From: Acidobacteriota bacterium | Lineage (GTDB): Bacteria > Acidobacteriota > Vicinamibacteria > Marinacidobacterales > Marinacidobacteraceae | DNA: 64,000 nucleotides | Assembly (NCBI GenBank): GCA_009835985.1 | Contig: VXWI01000036.1 | Span: 81,311-145,310, forward strand | Direction: 5' to 3' | In this document: positions 57,583-64,000 of the stretch, piece by piece | Numbering within the stretch: position 1 is the first letter of the stretch | Layout of the letters: each line of letters opens with the position of its first letter | Position numbers and translations under genes: made by a program | Notes under the pieces: generated by a model | Told to the model about the DNA's origin: nothing | Seen by the model: the letters and a program-made list of their open reading frames with translations, nothing else | Database searches by the model: none

Positions 57583-57775
57583 GGCTCCCGGCCAATCCGA
57601 CCAATGCTGACAGGGCCCCAGGAGCCCGGGCGATAGGGCACCGACTCACGACCTCGTAGCGTTGCCGTGCGGGTCTGGATGGAGACCGGCGGTCCAAGCC
57701 GGTACGCCATCGGGACATACGGCTCGACGCGCCGCGGGCCTGCGGCCCGGGTGCCGGTCTGAAGACCAGCGCGCC

Positions 57776-58777
57776 CTACGGGATCCCGTGGCGGCGGAGC
57801 TTCTGCCAGAGGCTCTGGCGAGAGATGCCCAGCTCCCGGGCGGCGCGGACCCGGCTGCCGGCGGCGCGGCGCAGCGCCCGCAGCAGGACGAGTCGCTCGA
57901 AGGCCGCCCGGGCAAGCGCCAGCCTGCGGATCTCGATCACCGCGTGGAGCGGGTCCGGCGCCGCAGGGGCCGGACCGGACGTCTCCTCGGTGCGTCCGGC
58001 CACCATCTCGGGACCGATGACGCCGGTTCCCGCGCGCCGCATCAGGGCTTCGGCGAGGACCGACTCCAGCTCGCGGACGTTCCCCGGCCAGTGGCGGCGG
58101 GCCAGCGACTCAAGGGCCTCCGCCGACAGCCGGGCGGGCGCGAGACGGTGCCGGCGGGCGAGCCTCGCCAGGAGGGTCGCCGCGAGTTCGGGAATCTCCG
58201 ATCGCCGTTCCCGGAGCGGCGGCAGGCGGAGCCGGACGACCCGCAGCCGGTAGAAGAGGTCTCGACGGAACTCGCGCGCGGCGGCGAGCTCGGCGAGCGG
58301 ACGGTGGGTCGCCGCGATCAGGCGGAAGTCGGATCGCCGCACCCGGATCTCTCCGACCCGGCGGAACTCCCTCTCCTGAAGCACGCGGAGCAGGGTCGCC
58401 TGCCCCTGCGGCGAAAGCTCCCCCACCTCGTCCAGGAACAGCGTGCCCCCGTCGGCGGCCTCCAGGAGTCCCGGGCGCGCCGCGTCCGCCCCCGTGAAAG
58501 CACCCCGGGCATGGCCGAAGAACTCCGCTTCCAGGAGCCCGTCCGGCAGCGCGCCGCAGTTCACCGCCACCAGCGGACGGTCCCGCCGCGGGCTCCGGCG
58601 ATGCACGTAGCGGGCGAGCAGTTCCTTGCCCGAACCCGTCTCCCCTTCGATCAGCACCGGCACGTCGAAGCGGGCCACGCGCGCCGCTTCCTCGAGCAGC
58701 GACCGCATCGCCGCCGACGCGGCCACCAGGCCGGCCGCGAGACGTTTCGGTTCAGGCGCGTTCCCGGACGACCGCAC
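57776..58777 (-). CDS. Sigma-54 enhancer-binding protein (AAA+ and Fis-HTH) lacking an N-terminal sensory domain
   Basis: [50 protein letters not shown]. Confidence 0.9.
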   Translation of the reverse strand: MRSSGNAPEPKRLAAGLVAASAAMRSLLEEAARVARFDVPVLIEGETGSGKELLARYVHRRSPRRDRPLVAVNCGALPDGLLEAEFFGHARGAFTGADAARPGLLEAADGGTLFLDEVGELSPQGQATLLRVLQEREFRRVGEIRVRRSDFRLIAATHRPLAELAAAREFRRDLFYRLRVVRLRLPPLRERRSEIPELAATLLARLARRHRLAPARLSAEALESLARRHWPGNVRELESVLAEALMRRAGTGVIGPEMVAGRTEETSGPAPAAPDPLHAVIEIRRLALARAAFERLVLLRALRRAAGSRVRAARELGISRQSLWQKLRRHGIP

Positions 58778-61190
58778 CGTGGTTGGCCTTGAGCCGCTTC
58801 AGGATGGTGCGCCGCACCTTGGCAATGTCGTTCTCGTTCAGCGTCCGGTTGCGGGCCTGGTAGCGGACGGAGATGCCGAGGGACCGCCTCGCCGCCTCCC
58901 CGTCGCCCGGGGCGCCGGAACGCTCGACCAGGTAGTCGTCGAAGACACGCGCCTCCGCCACCAGGGGGTGCCCGAGCGCCTCCCGAACGAGGTCCTGGGC
59001 GAGGACTTCCGGTCCCACCAGTAGCGCGAAGTCCTCGACCGCGGACGGATGACGCGGCAGGGGGGCGGCGGCCCTTGGCTCGGTCACTCCCGGAGCGGCC
59101 TCCAGCAGTGCCGTGAGGTCCAACTCCCACAGGAAGGCGTCCTGCCCGACTCCGAAGCCGGCCGCGGTGTCGGGGTGGACCTGACCCAGCACCCCGACGA
59201 CACGGCCCTCCACCGAGACTTCGGCCGTCCGCTTCTCGAGCAGGCCGAAAGCGGCGGCCGGCCGGAAGGTGGGCGCGGTACGCAGTCCCGCGAGAATGTG
59301 CTCGAGCGGCGCCTTGGCATCGAAGAAGTCGAGCCCCTCGTCGGTCGGACTTCCGAAACGGTCCACCCGGACGCCCACGACGAGCCCCGCCGCCTGCTCC
59401 CGTTCCTCCGGCCGGCCGTCGTCGCTCCCGGGTGCGGGGTGGTAGGACCTTCCGACCTCGAACAGACGCACGGCCCTGGCGCCCCGGGCCAGATTGCGCG
59501 CGGCGGCGCGCAGGATCCCGGGACGAAGCGATGTCCGGAGCGTGTCGCGCGCCTCTCCCAGCGGGTTCCGGACCTTGAGGCGGGGCGTGTCGCGCATCTC
59601 CGGCGGGGTCACCGCCGCGAGGTCCGCGTCCGACAGGAGCGAATAGGTCTGCACCTCGTAGAGCGCCGCTTCGGCGGCGAGATCGCGCACCCGTTCCCGC
59701 AGTTCGCGGGCGGGGAGCGCCGGATGATGCGGAATGGGGCCGGCCAGGGGCGACGCCGGAAGATCGTCGTAACCCGCGATGCGGGCCACCTCTTCCACGA
59801 GGTCATCCGGAACCCGCACGTCACGGCGCCAGTAGGGAACGCCGACCGTCAGCGTCCCATCGTTCTCCTGCACCTCGAAGCCGAGGCCGTCCAGCGCCGC
59901 CCGCACGGCCGGCGCCGGGATCTCCATGCCGAGGACCTGCGGGATCCGCGAGCGGCGGAGCTGGATGGTGACGCCGGGTTCGCGTACCGGCCAGGCATCC
60001 ACCATCCCTGCCGCGACGCGTCCGCCGGCGTACTCGGCGAGCAGCCGGCAGACGCGTGCGGAGGCGACCGGCGGCAGCTGGGGAGGCAGGCCCCACGCGA
60101 ACCTCCGGGCTGCGTCCGAGAGCAGGTCGAAGGCACGGGCGGTGCGGCGCACGCTTGCCCGTTCGAAGTTCGCCACCTCGAGAAGGATGTTCCGCGTCGA
60201 ATCGGTGATCTCGGTTTCGAGGCCCCCCATCACTCCGGCAAGCGCGATCGCCCCCCCGGGGTCCGCGATGACCAGCCGCTCCGGACTCAGCTCGTGGGTC
60301 TTCCCGTCCAGGGTGGTCAGGGCCTCGCCCGCGGCCGCCCGCCGGACGATGATGTGATGGTCGCGCACCGTGTCGTAGTCGAACGCGTGGACCGGCTGGC
60401 CCAGCTCAAGCATCACGTAGTTGGTGATGTCCACCAGGTTGTTGATCGGACGCATGCCGGCGGCCGTCAGCCGTTCCTGCATCCAGGCGGGGGAAGGAGC
60501 GATCTCGACATCCTCGATGAGGGCCAGGGTGAAACGGCGGCAGAGATCGGGGTCGGCGATCTCGACGGAGGCGCGTCCCTCGATGCCGGGTCCCGGTCGC
60601 GGCGCCGAGACATCCGGCATGGTCAGCGGGCCGCCGGTGAGCGCCGCGACCTCGCGCGCCACCCCAAGGACGGACAGGGCGTCCGCCCGGTTCGGGGTGA
60701 GGTCGAACACGTAGACCCGGTCTCCGAGCACGTCCCGGAGCGGTGTCCCCGGCGGCCGGGAGGTGTCGAGAACGAGGATCCCCTCGTGTTCCGCCGACAG
60801 GCCCAACTCCGCTTCCGAACACACCATCCCGCCGGACACCACGCCGCGAATGCGGGACTTCTTCAGTTTGCGGAGATTCCCGGTCCGCGGGTCGGTGAGC
60901 ATCGCCCCCTCCGGCGCGAACGCGATGTCCTGTCCGGTGGTCACGTTCGAGGCGCCACAGACGACGGTCTGCCGCTCCCCGCCCTTGTCCACGGTGACCA
61001 GCCGGAGCCGGTCGGCATCCGGATGGGGCTGCACGTCCAGCACCCGGCCGACGACCACGCGGTCCCAGTCCCCACCCGTTCGTTCGATGCCGGTCACCTC
61101 GAGACCCGCCAGCGTCAGCCGGTGGGCGAGGGCCTCGATGTCGTCCGGCAGCGGCACCATCGTCTCGAGCCACCGGAGCGGCACGCGCAC
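58752..61190 (-). CDS. pheT: Phenylalanine--tRNA ligase beta subunit
   Basis: [61 protein letters not shown] at 61190. Confidence 0.97.
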   Translation of the reverse strand: MRVPLRWLETMVPLPDDIEALAHRLTLAGLEVTGIERTGGDWDRVVVGRVLDVQPHPDADRLRLVTVDKGGERQTVVCGASNVTTGQDIAFAPEGAMLTDPRTGNLRKLKKSRIRGVVSGGMVCSEAELGLSAEHEGILVLDTSRPPGTPLRDVLGDRVYVFDLTPNRADALSVLGVAREVAALTGGPLTMPDVSAPRPGPGIEGRASVEIADPDLCRRFTLALIEDVEIAPSPAWMQERLTAAGMRPINNLVDITNYVMLELGQPVHAFDYDTVRDHHIIVRRAAAGEALTTLDGKTHELSPERLVIADPGGAIALAGVMGGLETEITDSTRNILLEVANFERASVRRTARAFDLLSDAARRFAWGLPPQLPPVASARVCRLLAEYAGGRVAAGMVDAWPVREPGVTIQLRRSRIPQVLGMEIPAPAVRAALDGLGFEVQENDGTLTVGVPYWRRDVRVPDDLVEEVARIAGYDDLPASPLAGPIPHHPALPARELRERVRDLAAEAALYEVQTYSLLSDADLAAVTPPEMRDTPRLKVRNPLGEARDTLRTSLRPGILRAAARNLARGARAVRLFEVGRSYHPAPGSDDGRPEEREQAAGLVVGVRVDRFGSPTDEGLDFFDAKAPLEHILAGLRTAPTFRPAAAFGLLEKRTAEVSVEGRVVGVLGQVHPDTAAGFGVGQDAFLWELDLTALLEAAPGVTEPRAAAPLPRHPSAVEDFALLVGPEVLAQDLVREALGHPLVAEARVFDDYLVERSGAPGDGEAARRSLGISVRYQARNRTLNENDIAKVRRTILKRLKANHGAVVRERA

Positions 61191-61210
61191 TTCAGTCGGC
61201 TCCTGGAACG

Positions 61211-62218
61211 CTAAAACTGGCGCAGGAAGCGCAGGTCGTTCTCGTAGAAGCGGCGGATGTCCCGGATCCCGTGGCGGAGCATCGCGATCCGCTCGACCCC
61301 GAGTCCCGCGGCGAACCCTGTATGGATCTCCGGGTCGTACCCCATGTTGGCCAGGATCTCGGGGTGCACCATGCCCGCGCCGAGGATCTCGATCCAGCCG
61401 TCGGGACTGCTGATCGAGACCTCGACCCCGGGCTCCACGAACGGGAAGTAATCGCAACGGAAACGGATCTCCCGGTCCTCTCCGAAGAGATGCCGGGCGA
61501 ATTCGTAGAGGGTGCCCTTGAGGTGCGCGAGCGTGAGTCCGCGGTCCACGGCCAGCACTTCCGTCTGCGTGATCATCCATTCGTGGGTGGCGTCAGTCGC
61601 CTCGTTCCGGTACGTGCGCCCCGGAGCGATGAGCCGGATGGGCGGGTCGTGCCGCTCCATGTAGCGGATCTGGTTCGGTGAGGTGTGCGTACGCAGCAGG
61701 AGCGGGGGCCGGTCATCGGGACCGTCGAGGTAGAAGGTGTCCATCGCGTCCCGCGCCGGATGATCGGACGGGATGCGCAGCGCCTCGAAGTTGTAGTACT
61801 CGAGTTCGACCTCGGGCCCCTCGATGACGTGGAACCCCATCGAGGCAAAGGCGGCAACCACGGCCCGCTCGGTCCGGGTGATGGGATGCAGGCCGCCGGC
61901 GGGAAGCGGGCGTCCGGGGAGACTCACGTCGAGCGCCGCCAGACCCTGGGTCCGGCGCGCCTTGAGATCGCCCTGCTTGGCCGCGAGGGCTTCGCCGAGC
62001 CGCGTCTTCGCCTCGTTCAGCAGCCGCCCGACCGCGGCGCGGCGGGACCGGTCGATTCCCCCGAGCGCCCGCAGCGACACCATGAGGCGCGATTTCCGCC
62101 CGAGGTGCTCCGTGCGCCACGCATCCACGTCGCGCTCGTCGCTGAGGCTCTGGAGCGCCGCGATCGCGTGCGCAACCTCCTCCGGAGCGAGCAGGGAGTC
62201 CGGGTTGGAAACGGTCAC
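61211..62218 (-). CDS. pheS: Phenylalanine--tRNA ligase alpha subunit
   Basis: HPARDAMDTF, LRTHTSP, YFPFVEPG, EILGAGMVHP, GLGVERIAM. Confidence 0.97.
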   Translation of the reverse strand: MTVSNPDSLLAPEEVAHAIAALQSLSDERDVDAWRTEHLGRKSRLMVSLRALGGIDRSRRAAVGRLLNEAKTRLGEALAAKQGDLKARRTQGLAALDVSLPGRPLPAGGLHPITRTERAVVAAFASMGFHVIEGPEVELEYYNFEALRIPSDHPARDAMDTFYLDGPDDRPPLLLRTHTSPNQIRYMERHDPPIRLIAPGRTYRNEATDATHEWMITQTEVLAVDRGLTLAHLKGTLYEFARHLFGEDREIRFRCDYFPFVEPGVEVSISSPDGWIEILGAGMVHPEILANMGYDPEIHTGFAAGLGVERIAMLRHGIRDIRRFYENDLRFLRQF

Positions 62219-62345
62219 AAACGCACTCGGTAAACAGGCGGGTCGGCGGACGAAAGGAGCGCCGACAGCACCGCCGAGGTCCCGCCGGATCTCCTTTTCA
62301 TAGTAACTCGCGACCCGGGCGTCGAGGGCGTCGGGAGTTGAGGCT

Positions 62346-62375
62346 TTGACAGACTCCGCGGCCGGAATGTACAGT
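62346..62375 (+). promoter_or_regulatory. Sigma-70 promoter of the tRNA gene
   Basis: TTGACA-18 nt-TACAGT, 20 nt before the tRNA. Confidence 0.6.
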
Positions 62376-62394
62376 CCGCTCCCCCAAATCCGGA

Positions 62395-62469
<75 letters not shown>

Positions 62470-62637
62470 CCGGATTGGGGTTCGGGCCGCGACACCGGCG
62501 GCCCGTTCTGGTGCGAAGACGCCCCGTTCGGCCCCAACCGGTTCCATGAGCCCTCCCTTTCCCGGGCAAGCGCGGCCAGACAAGGCGCACCACGGCCCCG
62601 CGTCTTCCTCGGCAGACCGTCCGGGCGGGAGCATTCC

Positions 62638-63669
62638 GTGAACGTCTTCCGGCCCTGGCTCCGCGCCCGGTGGCATTTCGGTTTCGGCGCCGCCGCCACG
62701 GCGGCCGCCGGCGTCGTCGTCTCCGGCACGCTCGGGTTCATGTGGATCGAGTCGTGGGACCTCGCGGACGCGTTCTACATGACGATCATCACGGTCTCGA
62801 CGGTGGGCTACGGCGAGGTGCAGCCGCTCTCGCCCACCGGCCGGCTCTTCGCCGTACTGCTCATCGGGGGCGGAGTGGCAACCCTGGGGTACTCGTTCGG
62901 AGCGCTGGCCCAATGGGTCACCGAGGCGCCGCTGCAGCGGCAGGAAAGGAGAGTGAGACGCATGAAGGACCACATCATCGTGTGCGGCTTCGGCAGGATG
63001 GGCCAGCGGGTCACGGCAGGTCTGCAGCGGCACGGGAACGAGGTGTGCGTGATCGAGAAGTCTCCGGACGTCGTCGAAGCCGCGCTCCGCCAGGGAGTCA
63101 CCGTGATCCACGGGGATGCAACGGCGGAAGAGACGCTCGAACACGCCGGGGTACGGCGCGCTGCGACCATCGTCGCCCTCCTCGCGAACGACAGCGACAA
63201 CCTGTCGATCACCATGACCGCCAGCGCGCTCCGTCCCGGGGTCCGCGTCATCGCCCGGTCCGAGGAAGACCGTTCCCGCGCGAACCTGGAACGCGCGGGC
63301 GCCGCCACCCACGACGTCATCTCGCCGCACCTCACCGCCAGCCGCGTAGTGCTCCGCAATCTCTGTGGTTCGGACACCCACCACCTGCTGCACGGGATCT
63401 CCGAAATGACTCATCCGGGATTCGGGTCCGCTGAACTCTTCGTGACCGCCGGGTCCGAACTCGCAGGAAGAACGATCGCCGATTCGGCCCTGGGTCGGGA
63501 AGCCAACGTCCTCGTGCTGGCGATTCGACGCGACGGACAGGAACTCATGATTGCACCCACGGGGGATCAGCCGATCGAGCGCGGCGACAAGCTCATGCTC
63601 ATCGGAGACCGGGAGGACCTGAAGAAGCTGGGAGCGTCGATCGAGGAATACCAGGTGGATGCGCCCTGA
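62638..63669 (+). CDS. Two-TM potassium channel with RCK (TrkA-N/TrkA-C) domains
   Basis: TVSTVGYG filter, HIIVCGFGRMG, GDAT, TrkA-C LAIRRDG. GTG at 62638. Confidence 0.92.
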   Translation: MNVFRPWLRARWHFGFGAAATAAAGVVVSGTLGFMWIESWDLADAFYMTIITVSTVGYGEVQPLSPTGRLFAVLLIGGGVATLGYSFGALAQWVTEAPLQRQERRVRRMKDHIIVCGFGRMGQRVTAGLQRHGNEVCVIEKSPDVVEAALRQGVTVIHGDATAEETLEHAGVRRAATIVALLANDSDNLSITMTASALRPGVRVIARSEEDRSRANLERAGAATHDVISPHLTASRVVLRNLCGSDTHHLLHGISEMTHPGFGSAELFVTAGSELAGRTIADSALGREANVLVLAIRRDGQELMIAPTGDQPIERGDKLMLIGDREDLKKLGASIEEYQVDAP

Positions 63670-63730
63670 CGGACCGTTCGTCAACGGGCGCATCCAGTCA
63701 GGTCAGTCCGGGCTTCCCGCGGAGGCCCCG

Positions 63731-64000
63731 ATGACTTCGCCGCAACCGCGCAGCTATCGCGCCTGCCTCGCGTACGGAGCCGCCTATACCGGCGTCTTCG
63801 TGGCGGTCGCCGTGGGGCGCCTGCTGTTGATGGAAGACGTGGGGGCGCTCCCGGTCGTGAACCTCGCCACCGTCATCCCCGGGCTGGTCCTCGCCTACGC
63901 CGCCGGGTGCCTTTTCGCCCTGCCGCTGATCTGGACGCTGCGGCGTTTCCGGATGAGCCCACGGATTCCCATCCTGTTCTGGTCGGCGGCGGTGCCGGTT
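63731..64000 (+). CDS. Membrane protein, partial (runs off the window)
   Basis: GGAGG RBS, ATG 63731, hydrophobic segments, open to the window end. Confidence 0.6.
   Translation, partial: MTSPQPRSYRACLAYGAAYTGVFVAVAVGRLLLMEDVGALPVVNLATVIPGLVLAYAAGCLFALPLIWTLRRFRMSPRIPILFWSAAVPV

Noticed and set aside
62219-62305. T-box or Phe attenuator upstream of pheS
   Set aside because: The leader can form hairpins but has no T-box motif and no Phe-rich leader peptide.

Overview
A very GC-rich bacterial chromosome segment (roughly 70% GC by eye). The host is probably an Acidobacteriota member; this is inferred from a fused lptF-lptG, a SpoIVB-like/beta-propeller gene pair and a FecR/DUF6600-type protein. 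Most of it is housekeeping: partial smc, lptFG, metK, valS, ftsB-like, glpX, class II RNR nrdJ, mtaB, a full his cluster, pheST and an initiator tRNA-Met. Two small accessory inserts are present: an HTH/HipA toxin-antitoxin pair, and an AbiJ-like gene with a divergent wHTH/HEPN-like pair. Highlights not visible in the ORF track: (1) a hidden DCC/DUF393-family thiol-disulfide oxidoreductase gene (34098-34517, minus) whose CxxC motif reads TGA-Gly-Phe-Cys and is followed by a SECIS-like GGUC hairpin, i.e. a candidate UxxC selenoprotein; (2) an RNase III with two tandem nuclease domains (the second apparently dead) and two dsRBDs; (3) a 181-bp TA-flanked MITE family sitting on TAG stop codons in one orientation relative to transcription, including one copy nested in another and one splitting the TA operon; (4) tandem NrdR-type boxes upstream of both nrdJ and smc; (5) a GGAG-headed REP-like family, one copy of which encodes the MtaB C-terminus. 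All calls come from manual motif recognition; no database searches were run.
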